Shown piece by piece: positions 28,977 through 39,290 of a stretch of 64,000 nucleotides of DNA. The notes under the pieces are model-generated. The model made no database searches, was not told the DNA's origin, and saw only the letters and a program-made list of their open reading frames with translations. The DNA lies in the NCBI GenBank assembly GCA_963708295.1, contig CAVPSJ010000004.1, positions 224,001 to 288,000 on the forward strand, in the 5' to 3' direction. This DNA comes from an uncultured delta proteobacterium. Its GTDB lineage: Bacteria > Desulfobacterota > BSN033 > UBA1163. Positions within the stretch are counted from its first letter, which is position 1. Every line of letters begins with the position of its first letter. The translations under genes and the position numbers were made by a program.

Positions 28977-30673
28977 ATGAAGCACGCAATTAAAATCGCG
29001 CTGATCGGAGGTGTCGTAGAGGTCCTCCTCTCGCTGATCGGAATGATTGAGGCTTTTAGTCAACGCGATATTATCAGCCAAATCATCTCCATGGGCCATA
29101 CTCTGCTGCTTCTGGTCGTTCTGTTTACGGGCTATCTCGTAGCAAAACGGACACCGGGAGCTAAACGTTTGTGGGTACTGATAAACAGCCTGATATCGGG
29201 GTTGATTGTGGGAGGCGTCCTCGCCCTACTGGTGATGGTGGGGGGGGGAGTAAGTTTGCGGAAGGTCTTTATCAATGCTTCACCTCTTCTCTATAAATTA
29301 CTCACTTTTGATCAGGGGGTAAAGACGGGTATTCTTCTACTCGTCGGGGGGGGCGCCTTGAGTGGACTTCTCGCAGGCCTCCTCTCCCTCGCGCCAGGCT
29401 TCTCCGTCGGGTGTTGATCGTCTCACTTGGCAGCGTGGTTGGGGCGGGCGTGCTGCAGGACTTGCTGCGTCCCACCTTCGCCCTCTGGGGACCTCTTGCC
29501 GTCATGAACAAGTGGCTTTTCACCGCCAATGGACTTACATTCCATGGTGCCATAGGGCTATTCGTACTGATTGCGGCCTTGTCTGCCCTTTGGGCTAAAA
29601 AAGGGAATGCGATTCGATCTGACTTGAAACGTCTGCCTTCCACAAGGCAACGTGCGTTAAAGATAATGAGTCTCCTTCTTCTCATCATGGTCCTGCTCGT
29701 GCTACCACGACTTCTCGGTCTTTTCCTCAGTGAAGTGCTTACCATTGTGGGTCTTTACGTCCTTTTCGGATTAGGACTAAATATCGTGGTTGGATTTGCC
29801 GGCCTTTTGGATCTGGGTTATGTCGCTTTCTTCGCCATCGGTGCGTATACCACAGGCGTGCTGACCTCCCCGGAATTGGGCTTCTTCAATCTATCCTTTT
29901 GGGGAGCACTCCCTTTCGCGATCTTCATGGGAGTACTGTCGGGTGTCCTTTTGGGCATCCCTGTTCTGAAGATGCGGGGTGATTATCTTGCTATTGCAAC
30001 CCTTGGTTTCGGTGAAATCATCCGTATTCTTGTTCTCTCCGATTTTTTACGGCCGTGGTTGGGCGGGGCACAGGGTATCGGTAAAATTCCCAGAGCACAC
30101 GTCGGCAGCATAGAATTGGCGACGCCTCAGCAGGTCTACTATCTTATTCTCGCGGGTTGTCTGCTCGTTGGCTTTATCTCCTGGCGACTAAGAGACTCTC
30201 GACTGGGACGCGCCTGGATGGCCGTGCGGGAGGATGAAGACGTCGCCCAGGCGATGGGAATCAATCTGAGCTCCACAAAGTTACTCGCCTTCGCCACAGG
30301 AGCCGGTTTTTCTGCTTTGAGCGGAGCCATCTTCGCCAGCAAACTGGGCTCGGTCTACCCCCACAGTTTTAACGTGATGATTTCCATCAACATCCTCTGT
30401 TTAATCATCGTCGGAGGGATGGGAAGTATCCCGGGCGTGCTCGTGGGAGCAATTGCCCTGGTGGGACTGCCGGAGTTGTTGCGAGAGTTTGCCGAGTACC
30501 GCCTCCTGGTTTATGGCGCTGCTCTCGTGGCCATGATGCTTCTTCGGCCTGAGGGTCTTTGGCCGGAGGCTTTGCGCCGCCGCGAAGTGCACGAAGGAGA
30601 AAAGGCCGATACAGAATCCACGTCAGGCGCCAAACCTAACCCGGCGTTGCCGAAACTAAAGAGTGGGAGTTGA
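28977..30673 (+). CDS. livM: Branched-chain amino acid ABC permease LivM with N-terminal membrane extension (frameshift ~29390-29410)
   Basis: GLNIVVGFAGLLDLGYVAFFAIGAY, RGDYLAIATLGFGEIIR, GRAW.AVREDE, RPEGL. Confidence 0.88.
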
Positions 30674-30676
30674 AGA

Positions 30677-30839
30677 AAATCCGAAATCCGAATATCGGGC
30701 GAAGCGTCCGTCTCGGACCAATCCGAAACAAATCCGAATTTCAAAAATTCAGATTTATTGCACCTTTTTGAGTTCCGAACATTTCAAAATTGGTCATTTG
30801 GGATTGTTTCGAATTTCTGATTTCGTGCTTCGAATTTAA
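30677..30839. repeat. Inverted heptamer-array element (second copy of 11348-11569 family)
   Basis: aaatccg arrays / tttcgaa-tttcgtg-cttcgaa arrays with the same GAAGCGTCCGTCTCGGACC insert. Confidence 0.85.
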
Positions 30840-30913
30840 ATCGGTCAACGACAATAAGTTTGCTCCCATCTTGAGCACAATTTTATTCAGGAGAGACTAG
30901 ATAAAAAGAACTT

Positions 30914-31690
30914 ATGGCTATTCTATCCACAAAAAAAGTCACCAAACGCTTCGGCGGGTTGATCGCCGTAGGCGATTTGGACATCGAAATCAAAGAGCAC
31001 AGCATCCACAGTATCATCGGACCCAACGGCGCTGGCAAGACGACCTTTTTCAATTGCGTTACCGGCTTTTACCGGCCTGAATCCGGAGAGATTCTATTGA
31101 GCCACCACTCCCTCGTTGGCCTGTTGCCCGACCGAATCGTTCGTCTTGGAATTTCTCGCACCTATCAAAATATTCGCCTCTTTCCCAACCTCACCGCCAT
31201 GGAGAATATCCTCGCGGGCCTCCATAGCCACTTGAGAGCAGGGTTCTTTGGTATTTTGGTTGGATTCCCTGCTGTCCAACAAGAAGAAAGAGAAGCAGCG
31301 GAAGAAGCGCGGCGTCTCCTTAAGTTCGTCAACCTCGCTGGGAAGGGCGATTTCCTGGCAAAGAATCTTCCCTATGGCGACCAGCGACGGCTGGAAATTG
31401 CCCGGGCCTTGGCTGCTCGCCCCAAACTTCTGCTCCTCGACGAACCCACGGCAGGCATGAATCCAAGAGAGACGCAGGATATGATGGATTTCATCCGGCA
31501 CCTCCGTGATGAGCTGGGAATCACGATCCTTCTCATCGAACATCAGATGAAGGTCGTGATGGGTATCTCTGAATCCGTCACCGTATTGGATTATGGGGAA
31601 AAAATCGCAGAGGGCGCCCCGGCCGAAATTCAGAAAGACCCAAAGGTCATCGAGGCCTATTTGGGAAGATCGAGTCAAGTAGTCTTGTAG
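30914..31690 (+). CDS. livG: Branched-chain amino acid ABC ATPase LivG
   Basis: GPNGAGKTT, LPYGDQRRLEIARALA, LLLDEP, VIEAYLG. Confidence 0.95.
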   Translation: MAILSTKKVTKRFGGLIAVGDLDIEIKEHSIHSIIGPNGAGKTTFFNCVTGFYRPESGEILLSHHSLVGLLPDRIVRLGISRTYQNIRLFPNLTAMENILAGLHSHLRAGFFGILVGFPAVQQEEREAAEEARRLLKFVNLAGKGDFLAKNLPYGDQRRLEIARALAARPKLLLLDEPTAGMNPRETQDMMDFIRHLRDELGITILLIEHQMKVVMGISESVTVLDYGEKIAEGAPAEIQKDPKVIEAYLGRSSQVVL

Positions 31691-31756
31691 TCAAATAGTC
31701 ATGAAAAATCACAAGACTAAAATGTTGCCTGACTAGATTTTATGACTACTTGACCA
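31674..31756. repeat. AGTC/GACT 8-mer inverted array upstream of four-helix-bundle pseudogene
   Basis: agtcaagt-agtcttgt-agtcaaat-agtc / gactag..gactactt-gacc; contains livG stop. Confidence 0.7.
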
Positions 31757-31766
31757 AGAGCAAAAA

Positions 31767-32060
31767 ATGAAGATTGAGAAATTTGAAGATTTAGATTGCT
31801 GGAAGAAGGCAAGGTAATTGGCTAACTTGGTTTATGATCTTACGAATCAAAGGAGCTTTGTGAAGGATTTCCACCTACGGGATCAAATGCGGGATGCCGC
31901 AGGGTCGGTAATGCACACCATTGCGGAGGGGTTTGCGGCAGGTTCCGATGCGGAGTTCGTCCGATTCTTAAAAATCTCTCGACGTTCTGCAAGCGAGGTG
32001 CAATCACAGCTATATCTTGCGCTTGATCAATGGCCTTATCGCATACTTGCATCGAGATAA
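31767..32060 (+). pseudogene. Four-helix-bundle (23S rRNA IVS-protein family) pseudogene
   Basis: MKIEKFEDLDCWKKAR*LA..LRDQMRDAAGSVMHTIAEGF..EF.RFL.ISR.SASEV.SQLYLALD; in-frame TAA after KKAR and lost C-terminal helix. Confidence 0.88.
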
Positions 32061-32061
32061 A

Positions 32062-32205
32062 AAGTAGTCCAGTAGTCATATCGTCGCGTGGTCCTATAGC
32101 TTTATAGTCCCGTATTGGTTAATTTTGTTTTTTGGGTCTTTGACTATGTGACTATCTGACCATGTGACCACAGGACGACAAGACTATTCGACGACAAGAC
32201 CACTT
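32062..32205. repeat. AGTC/GACT 8-mer inverted array downstream of pseudogene
   Basis: gtagtcca-gtagtcat.. / gactatgt-gactatct-gaccatgt-gaccacag-gacgacaa-gactattc. Confidence 0.8.
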
Positions 32206-32209
32206 TTTT

Positions 32210-32923
32210 ATGTCACTTCTCGAAATCCAAAATGTGCATACCTACTACGGGCAGATCCATGCCCTCAAGGGCGTTTCCCTCACCGTTGATAGGGGAGAGA
32301 TCGTTACTCTGATCGGAGCCAATGGGGCAGGCAAGAGCACCTTGCTCAAGACCACGAGTGGTTTGTTGCGGCCGCGCCAGGGCTTTATCCGCCTCGACGG
32401 CGAAGAACTCACCCAATATCCTCCTCACGAGATTGTGACGAAAGGGGTGGTGCAGGTCCCGGAGGGGCGCCGGATCTTTGGTCGTCTTACGGTTACCGAA
32501 AATCTGGAGATGGGTGCCTTCGCAGTTTTCGATCAAAAGCTCATCAAGAAAAATCTGGAAAGGGTTTTTAACCTCTTCCCCAGATTGAAGGAACGCTACA
32601 GGCAAGTGGCGGGGACGCTCAGCGGTGGGGAGCAACAGATGCTTGCGACAGGTCGGGCCCTGATGGCGAATCCACGCGTTCTCCTCATGGATGAACCCTC
32701 CATGGGTTTGGCACCGGTGCTGGTGGATAGTATTTTTGAAACCATTCGACATCTCCACGCCGAAGGGACCACGATCCTTTTGGTGGAACAGAACGCCCGC
32801 ATGGCCCTCCAGATTGCCGGCCGAGGGTACGTGCTTCAATCGGGGACAGTGCTGTTCAGCGACACAGCTGAGAATTTGCGTCGGAACGAGATAGTGCGCG
32901 AAGCCTACCTCGGCGAAACATGA
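32210..32923 (+). CDS. livF: Branched-chain amino acid ABC ATPase LivF
   Basis: GANGAGKST, VPEGRRIF, LSGGEQQML, MDEPSMGLAP, LVEQNA. Confidence 0.95.
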   Translation: MSLLEIQNVHTYYGQIHALKGVSLTVDRGEIVTLIGANGAGKSTLLKTTSGLLRPRQGFIRLDGEELTQYPPHEIVTKGVVQVPEGRRIFGRLTVTENLEMGAFAVFDQKLIKKNLERVFNLFPRLKERYRQVAGTLSGGEQQMLATGRALMANPRVLLMDEPSMGLAPVLVDSIFETIRHLHAEGTTILLVEQNARMALQIAGRGYVLQSGTVLFSDTAENLRRNEIVREAYLGET

Positions 32924-33065
32924 CAAAAAAACAAGTTCCAGACGCCAGCGGTAAATTCAATGCCAAAATCAGGAAGGTCATCTTTTTTAACTCAGGCAAT
33001 TGCCCCCCATCCATCGGGGGAAGGGACGAAGATGAAATGATCACCTGTCTTAGGAGGCATCCAGG

Positions 33066-35477
33066 ATGAAGGATGAGTATAAAACCAAAAAGCAACTCAT
33101 CCGTGAGTTGGTGAAGGTGCGCCAGAGAATGGCTGAAATTGAAAAAACAGAACTTGAGCGAAAGCCGTGGGAGGAAGAAATCAAGGGCGCCCTCTCCTTG
33201 TTAAACGCCACGCTGGAATCAACCGCTGACGGGATTCTTGTGGTTGACCGGGGGGGAAAGATCGTGAGCTTCAACCGAAAGTTTGCCCAGATGTGGCGCA
33301 TTCCCGAAGCCGTCACCACTTCTCGGGATGACAACCAAGCGCTGGCTTTTGTTTTAGGCCAGTTGAGAGACCCAGAAGGTTTCCTTGCCAGGGTACGAGA
33401 ATTATATAACCAGCCGGCGACTGAGAGCTTTGATATCCTTGAATTCAAAGACGGTAGGACCTTCGAGCGTTATTCCCAACCCCAGTCGATAGGCGAACAA
33501 GTGGTTGGAAGGGTGTGGAGCTTTCGCGATGTCACCGAGCACAAGCGGGCAGAGGAGGCTCTTCGGGAAAGCGAAAAACGCTATCGGACACTCGCCGAGG
33601 CTGCACCCGACATGATTTTTATCGTGGATGGTGACGGAGGTGTCAATTATGTAAATAGTTTTGCCGCAAAACAATTCAGAAATAGCCCTGAAGCGATCAT
33701 CGGAAAGCATACAAAAGACCTTTTCCCATCCGATATATCCGGTCGACAGAGTCAAAATCTGCAAAAGGTCTTTGAAACCGGGAAGCCTGTTTATGCTGAA
33801 AATAAGACAACCCTATTAGATCGTGACGTATGGCTGAGTACCTGGTTGGCCCCCCTCTTCAATGAGGCAGGTGACGTGTACTCTGTTCTTGGCATCTCAC
33901 GGGACATCACCGAGCGCAAGCAGGCCGAGGAGGCCCTCATAAAATCTCAAAAGAAATACATCGACCTCTATGAAAACGCGAATGATATGATTTTCACCTT
34001 GGACCTTCTGGGTAATTTTACATCGATTAATCGGGCCGCTTACGCTTCTTTTGGCTATCGTTTGGAAGAACTCTTGGGAAAGAACCTCCATGATGTGGTC
34101 GCCCCTGAGAGTTTCAATTATGCCATGGCAATACTCCAGCGGGCCGTGGCTGAGAAATCGGATCTCATGGAAATTCAGCCATGGGAGTTTGAAGGGTTTA
34201 AGAAGGATGGCACCAAAGTTCTGTTGGAGGTTCGAGCCCGGCTGATCTTGCAAGACGGAAACATCACGGGAATCCAGGCAATCGCCCGTGACATCACGGA
34301 GCGGAAGCAAGCCGAAGAGGAGAAAGCATTTCTCCAAGAGCAACTCCGCCAATCTCAGAAGATGGAAGCGATTGGTCGCCTGGCAGGCGGCATTGCTCAC
34401 GATTTCAATAACCTCCTCACGATTATCAAAGGCTATAGCACCCTCTCCATCTTGGAGCTCAAAGAGGGGGATCCGTTGAAGGGAAACATCCAAGAGATCC
34501 AGAAAGCAACGGATCGGGCAGCAAATTTGACGCGTCAACTTTTGGCCTTCAGCCGTCGCCAGGCGATGGAAATGAAGGTATTAGACCTGAACGCGATATT
34601 AAGAGATATGGACAAGATGCTTCGTCGGGTGATCGGTGAGGACATCGCACTGATCACCCATTTCGCAGAGGATCTGGGAAGGACGAAGACGGATCCGGGT
34701 CAGATGGAGCAGGTCATCATGAACCTAGTGGTCAATGCCAGAGATGCAATGCCCGATGGAGGAAAACTCACGATTGAGACCGCGAATGTTGAGCTGGATG
34801 AGACTTATGTTCGGGCGCACATCGCTGTCAAGCCCGGTCGCTATCTGATGTTTTCAGTCAGTGATACAGGAGTGGGGATAACTCGGGAGGTTCAGGAGCG
34901 TCTCTTTGAGCCCTTTTTTACAACCAAGGAAACCGGGAAAGGAACGGGTTTGGGTTTATCGACCGTCTATGGGATTGTAAAACAGAGTGGAGGGAATATA
35001 TGGGTTTATAGTGAGCCGGGGAGAGGAACGACCCTTAAGATTTATCTCCCTCGAGTCGATGAATCGATCGAGGTCTTCAAAGAGAAATTAGCAGAAGCTC
35101 TTCCTGCCAGGGGTGAGACCATTCTTGTTGTTGAGGATGAGGAAGAGGTTCGGAAATTAGCAGCGCGAATTTTACAGATCCACGGATATAAGGTTCTGGA
35201 GGCACCTCAAGGGGGGGATGCCTTACTCATCTGCGAGCGGCATAAGAACCCGATTCATCTGATGTTGACCGATGTCGTGATGCCCGGGATGAGCGGTCAT
35301 CAATTGGCCAAACGTTTGAAACCCCTCCAACCGGAAATGAAGGTCCTCTATATGTCAGGTTATACGGATAACGCGATTGTCCAGCATGGTGTTCTGGGGG
35401 AAGGAGTAAATTACATCCAGAAGCCTTTTACCGTGGATGCACTGGCAAGAAAAGTAAGGGAAGTGCTGGACCAATGA
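33066..35477 (+). CDS. Hybrid sensor histidine kinase (3 PAS, HisKA, HATPase, REC)
   Basis: RDITERK PAS ends, [44 protein letters not shown]. Confidence 0.95.
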   Translation: MKDEYKTKKQLIRELVKVRQRMAEIEKTELERKPWEEEIKGALSLLNATLESTADGILVVDRGGKIVSFNRKFAQMWRIPEAVTTSRDDNQALAFVLGQLRDPEGFLARVRELYNQPATESFDILEFKDGRTFERYSQPQSIGEQVVGRVWSFRDVTEHKRAEEALRESEKRYRTLAEAAPDMIFIVDGDGGVNYVNSFAAKQFRNSPEAIIGKHTKDLFPSDISGRQSQNLQKVFETGKPVYAENKTTLLDRDVWLSTWLAPLFNEAGDVYSVLGISRDITERKQAEEALIKSQKKYIDLYENANDMIFTLDLLGNFTSINRAAYASFGYRLEELLGKNLHDVVAPESFNYAMAILQRAVAEKSDLMEIQPWEFEGFKKDGTKVLLEVRARLILQDGNITGIQAIARDITERKQAEEEKAFLQEQLRQSQKMEAIGRLAGGIAHDFNNLLTIIKGYSTLSILELKEGDPLKGNIQEIQKATDRAANLTRQLLAFSRRQAMEMKVLDLNAILRDMDKMLRRVIGEDIALITHFAEDLGRTKTDPGQMEQVIMNLVVNARDAMPDGGKLTIETANVELDETYVRAHIAVKPGRYLMFSVSDTGVGITREVQERLFEPFFTTKETGKGTGLGLSTVYGIVKQSGGNIWVYSEPGRGTTLKIYLPRVDESIEVFKEKLAEALPARGETILVVEDEEEVRKLAARILQIHGYKVLEAPQGGDALLICERHKNPIHLMLTDVVMPGMSGHQLAKRLKPLQPEMKVLYMSGYTDNAIVQHGVLGEGVNYIQKPFTVDALARKVREVLDQ

Positions 35478-35536
35478 ATGGTGACAAAAATCCGTATCTC
35501 CTTACCCCTATTTTTCTCTACCCTGGATTCCACTCG

Positions 35537-36850
35537 TTACAACTTGTAACCCGCAATCCGCTTTCTCAGAAGCCCGTAGATCAAACCCCCCAAGATCATG
35601 CTTGGCAAAGAGGAGCCCAGGGGCCATGGAAAGGCTGCTTTGGTTTGCAGCACCTTTTCCATTAACATCGGTGAAAAGCCCAAATAAACAGCAAATCCAA
35701 TCGCCCAGGCGATGATCGCCATAGGATTGATCCCTTTCGCAAACCAGTATTTCCCCTCCTTCTTATAAAGATCTTCCAAATCGATCTCTCCTCTCCTTAA
35801 GAGAAAGTAATCAACGAGAACGATCCCGAAGAGAGGACAGAACATGGCCCCAATAAAGAGAAGAAAATGCTCATAATCGAGTATGGCAGGGAAAATAATT
35901 GCAACAATGATCCCCAGGATTCCGCCGATCCAGATTCCTGCTCGTTCTCCCAGTTTAGGGAAAATATTCAGTCCCGAGATTGCTGTGGAATAAATATCCA
36001 AGAAGGTGGTGGTGAAGGTAGAGAAGAGAACGATGATCAGAGCAGGAATGGCCCATCCAAATTTCAGCATGAGATTCATCACCACTCCTGAAGGGTCAGG
36101 AGACTGGGTGGCAAGGGCGGCCGTCAGTCCGATGAGGTACATCCACGAAGAGACAACAAAATAACCGACCCAGGTTCCCCAAAAACTTCTTTTCGAATCC
36201 GTGGCAAAGCGCGAATAATCCGAGACCAGAGGAAGCCAGGAGATGGGCATGGCGATCACAAGATCCATTCCTACCATGAAAGGGAAATCTCCCTTTCTCG
36301 GAATTTGAGAGAGCGTCCCCCATCCGTACTCTTGAAAGACGATGTAGGTCATGACCACACACAATATCATCAGGACGAAAACAGAGACTCGTTGGAGCCA
36401 CTTCCAGAACCGGTGACCCACTACCGCCCACAACGTCGTGATCACCCCTGCAAGGATGATCCAAAGGTTGAGGTTCGAAAACCCGTAGAACTTGGAGATG
36501 GCATCGGCTGCCTGGCCACAAACGATCAGCATGACCGCGGTCCAGCCGATGAGCTGGATCACATTGAGGGCAGCGGCAAAGTAAGAGCCTCTGATCCCGA
36601 AAGAAGGCCGGACGCTCACCATTGTCGGAATGCCCCATCGGCTCCCCATCAAGCCGCCCAAAGCAAAGGGGGTGTTCCCAATCAGGTGGCCGAGAAGAAT
36701 AGCCCAAAGGCCCAGCCCTAAGCCCAGAGGGACCACCAAACTCCCCGCCCAAATCTCTGCTAAAGAGATCGCTGCTCCTGCCCACAGTAGAAAGAAATCC
36801 CAACCGCCTAAATTCCTCTCTTCTTTTGGAATCGGTTCAATTCCAGGCAT
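35537..36850 (-). CDS. cytX: Putative hydroxymethylpyrimidine transporter CytX (NCS1 family)
   Basis: LWAGAAISLAE, RPSFG.RGS, QLIGWT, MPISWLPLVSDYSR, STFTTTFLD; in thi operon. Confidence 0.88.
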   Translation of the reverse strand: MPGIEPIPKEERNLGGWDFFLLWAGAAISLAEIWAGSLVVPLGLGLGLWAILLGHLIGNTPFALGGLMGSRWGIPTMVSVRPSFGIRGSYFAAALNVIQLIGWTAVMLIVCGQAADAISKFYGFSNLNLWIILAGVITTLWAVVGHRFWKWLQRVSVFVLMILCVVMTYIVFQEYGWGTLSQIPRKGDFPFMVGMDLVIAMPISWLPLVSDYSRFATDSKRSFWGTWVGYFVVSSWMYLIGLTAALATQSPDPSGVVMNLMLKFGWAIPALIIVLFSTFTTTFLDIYSTAISGLNIFPKLGERAGIWIGGILGIIVAIIFPAILDYEHFLLFIGAMFCPLFGIVLVDYFLLRRGEIDLEDLYKKEGKYWFAKGINPMAIIAWAIGFAVYLGFSPMLMEKVLQTKAAFPWPLGSSLPSMILGGLIYGLLRKRIAGYKL

Positions 36851-36882
36851 CGGTCGCCCCCTTTGTAACAGTAAGCAAAAAG

Positions 36883-36911
36883 GTAATGAGTGATCGGTAA
36901 TCAGTCATCAG
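36883..36911. repeat. Downstream arm of heptamer inverted repeat
   Basis: Complementary to 37333-37361 at 24/29 positions. Confidence 0.8.
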
Positions 36912-37308
36912 TTGTTGAAAAACGCTTATCACAAAAAATGTCCGCTTTATTGATCATCGAATTGATCATCCTACCGATTTCGGAAAGGGAACTGTTTAGT
37001 TTTTGGGTTTGTTCTAGGCTCAAATATCTACAATCTTCTGCCGTTTCGATCCAATGTTGTGTTTCTTGCTGCTCACCATCAGCATCAGTAAGTTTGCTTA
37101 CAAAATGTTTCTTATACCGTCTCTTAGCCCATGCCTCGGCAATCTGTGCTCCAACAGAACGCGATGATCGTCTCACCTGGTCAGTCAAGGAATACATTTC
37201 TTCCTTAGGAAAAGACTTTGTCAGTTCAAAAATTGACTTTGCTAACTTTCGAGCGTTCTTATAAACAACCAGGTCCCTGAAGCTCTCAGCATGTCCCAAT
37301 TTACTCAT
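36901..37308 (-). CDS. Four-helix-bundle protein (23S rRNA IVS-protein family)
   Basis: FRDLVVY, FPKEEMYSLTDQVRRSSRSV.AQIAEAW.KRRY, DADGE..ET..W. Confidence 0.93.
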   Translation of the reverse strand: MSKLGHAESFRDLVVYKNARKLAKSIFELTKSFPKEEMYSLTDQVRRSSRSVGAQIAEAWAKRRYKKHFVSKLTDADGEQQETQHWIETAEDCRYLSLEQTQKLNSSLSEIGRMINSMINKADIFCDKRFSTTDD

Positions 37309-37332
37309 CGATCTCCCCTTTTCTTAATATCT

Positions 37333-37361
37333 CTGATCACTGGCTACTGATCACTGATTAC
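37333..37361. repeat. Upstream arm of heptamer inverted repeat
   Basis: Sense ATCAGTA-ATCAGTG-ATCAGTA-GCCAGTG; contains thiD stop. Confidence 0.8.
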
Positions 37362-38695
37362 TGATCTCTGCCTACTGCCTTCAATATTTTCTGAACGACT
37401 TCCGTGGGATTCCTCCCCAACACTCGGATCATCGGTTCTTTACCCACATCCCCTTGATCGTAGATAAAATCAGGAACGCGCCTCATCTTTCTCAAGACGT
37501 CTCCCACCCCCCACGCTAGGGAGGAGCCTTCCTGCTTTTTCAACTTTTTTGGTTCGAGCCTCCGGTCAAAATGGCCAACCAGAAAACCTTTTCTCCCCAA
37601 CTGCTCAACCGTTTCTCTTGAATATCGGATATTCATTGCCGAACAATATTCGGGATCAAATTTCATGACGGTCAGAATGAGGTTGGCCACATGCCGGGAC
37701 GCCCCAAATTCAGGATCGCTATAAGTGGTGACCGAATCCTTGAATCGGACAATTCTTCCAGGAAAAGCCGCCACGTCTTCCAGTCCTTCTGCAAAAGGAA
37801 GAGCATACCCTAAGTTTGAAGAAACCTCCGGAATGAGACGCCCGATCTCCTCCCCCTTCAATACTTCCACTGCTCTCCTTATCTCCTGGATCACTTGATA
37901 CCGCTCCATCTCCCTCAGGACATAAGCAGAGGGATTGGTCGGTCCATGCCCTTTCCCGAGGTTGAGACCGGACCGAATCGCCATGGTGATAAAGTTCTTT
38001 GCCTTTCTCACCGCTTCATCGACAGGTTCCCCTCTTGCCAGGAGCGTTGCGATCGCAGACGCAAAGGTGCACCCCGTTCCGTGGGTATTTTTTGATTCAA
38101 TCCTCGGTCCCTCTATCTCGCTAAAACGTTCCCCGTCGTAAAGGAGGTCAACCGCCATCCCCTTCAGATGGCCTCCTTTGATGACCACATATTTCGTTCC
38201 CATTCTGTAGATTTGCTGAGCGGCTTTCTTCATTCCCTTCAAGGAGTTTACCTTGAACCCTGCCAGGGCCGAGGCCTCCATCAGATTCGGCGTCACCACC
38301 CATGCCATGGGAATCAATTTCTTAATGAGTATCTCTTGGGCATCCTTGTGAAGAAGCGAAGCCCCGCTCTTTGAGATCATGACCGGGTCTACGACCACCT
38401 TCTTGACCTTATACTGCTTGATCTTTCGGGATACGACCTCAATAATCTCTCGATTTGCCAGCATGCCTGTCTTGACGGCATCGACGCCGATGTCCGAGAG
38501 GACCGCATCAATCTGCTCCTCAACAAACCGCGGAGGAACTTCGTGAATGCCTTGAACCCCTACCGTATTTTGTGCCGTAAGGGCCGTAATAGCGCTCATT
38601 CCGAAACCACCCAGCAAGGTGATTACTTTTAGATCCGCCTGAATTCCTGCCCCCCCGCCCGAATCCGACCCGGCGATCGTCAATACTCGCTTCAT
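37358..38695 (-). CDS. thiD: Bifunctional HMP/HMP-P kinase - thiamine-phosphate synthase (ThiD-ThiN fusion)
   Basis: LTIAGSDSGGGAGIQADLK, THGTGCTFAS; C-terminal ThiN-like IPEVSSN..FGASRHVA..MNIRY..GDVGKEPMIR. Confidence 0.93.
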   Translation of the reverse strand: MKRVLTIAGSDSGGGAGIQADLKVITLLGGFGMSAITALTAQNTVGVQGIHEVPPRFVEEQIDAVLSDIGVDAVKTGMLANREIIEVVSRKIKQYKVKKVVVDPVMISKSGASLLHKDAQEILIKKLIPMAWVVTPNLMEASALAGFKVNSLKGMKKAAQQIYRMGTKYVVIKGGHLKGMAVDLLYDGERFSEIEGPRIESKNTHGTGCTFASAIATLLARGEPVDEAVRKAKNFITMAIRSGLNLGKGHGPTNPSAYVLREMERYQVIQEIRRAVEVLKGEEIGRLIPEVSSNLGYALPFAEGLEDVAAFPGRIVRFKDSVTTYSDPEFGASRHVANLILTVMKFDPEYCSAMNIRYSRETVEQLGRKGFLVGHFDRRLEPKKLKKQEGSSLAWGVGDVLRKMRRVPDFIYDQGDVGKEPMIRVLGRNPTEVVQKILKAVGRDQ

Positions 38696-38725
38696 CTCTC
38701 TTTCCTCCCGATGAAAAAGCAAAAT

Positions 38726-38761
38726 AAAAAAGCCGTAATTCCCATGGAGGTATTACGGCTT
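38726..38761 (-). terminator. Intrinsic terminator, riboswitch expression platform
   Basis: AAGCCGTAAT-loop-ATTACGGCTT + T-run on minus strand between aptamer and thiD. Confidence 0.85.
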
Positions 38762-38772
38762 CGTTTCCATTT

Positions 38773-38872
38773 TCCGCTTCCCTTCGCTGGAATTACCCTG
38801 ACAGGTTCGGAGGGTCTCCCTATCCCGCCAGAGCGGGACAAGGACTCTCAGCCCAATGAGCTCCCCTAGCTA
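38773..38872 (-). ncRNA. TPP riboswitch
   Basis: Minus strand CTAGGGGAGC..GCTGAGAG..GACCCTCCGAACCTG..GGGTAATTCCAGCGAAGGGAAG, upstream of thiD. Confidence 0.93.
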
Positions 38873-38884
38873 TATTCTAAAACA

Positions 38885-38913
38885 ATTTTACTCGACAGCG
38901 GGGAGTATGTCAA
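38885..38913 (-). promoter_or_regulatory. sigma-70 promoter of thi operon
   Basis: TTGACA-N17-TAAAAT just upstream of the riboswitch. Confidence 0.8.
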
Positions 38914-39145
38914 TCGGGAAAATTCAGAAAAATTCAGCTTCAAAGTTGAAGCATCGCCGTTCATTGGTTTTGGGTCGCCTGCCTGCGCCATGCCGAGAGA
39001 TCTCCCAATGATAGAGGATAACCAGAACCCATTGAATCATCCTACGTCATGGTCTACGCCGCCCCTAGAATATTCCAATGATTTTAGTTAATTATCTATA
39101 TAGCACTTGGCCACGCGTAAGTTTGTGAAAAATTGCATAAAATTC

Positions 39146-39174
39146 TTGACTTCTTTAGACGTTTGCTTTATGTT
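39146..39174 (+). promoter_or_regulatory. Candidate sigma-70 promoter of hppA
   Basis: TTGACT-N17-TATGTT. Confidence 0.5.
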
Positions 39175-39290
39175 TTACGATGATTTTCCAGACCCTCCAA
39201 AGAAGCGGGGGACTTTGTTGGCGGAAAGTTTGAATTATTCGATTACAGGACGCGGCTTAACCAAATACAAACTTTATAGGAGAGGGCACT

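Noticed and set aside
36901-37308. DGR Avd or rRNA intervening sequence
   Set aside because: No reverse transcriptase, TR/VR pair or rRNA in the window
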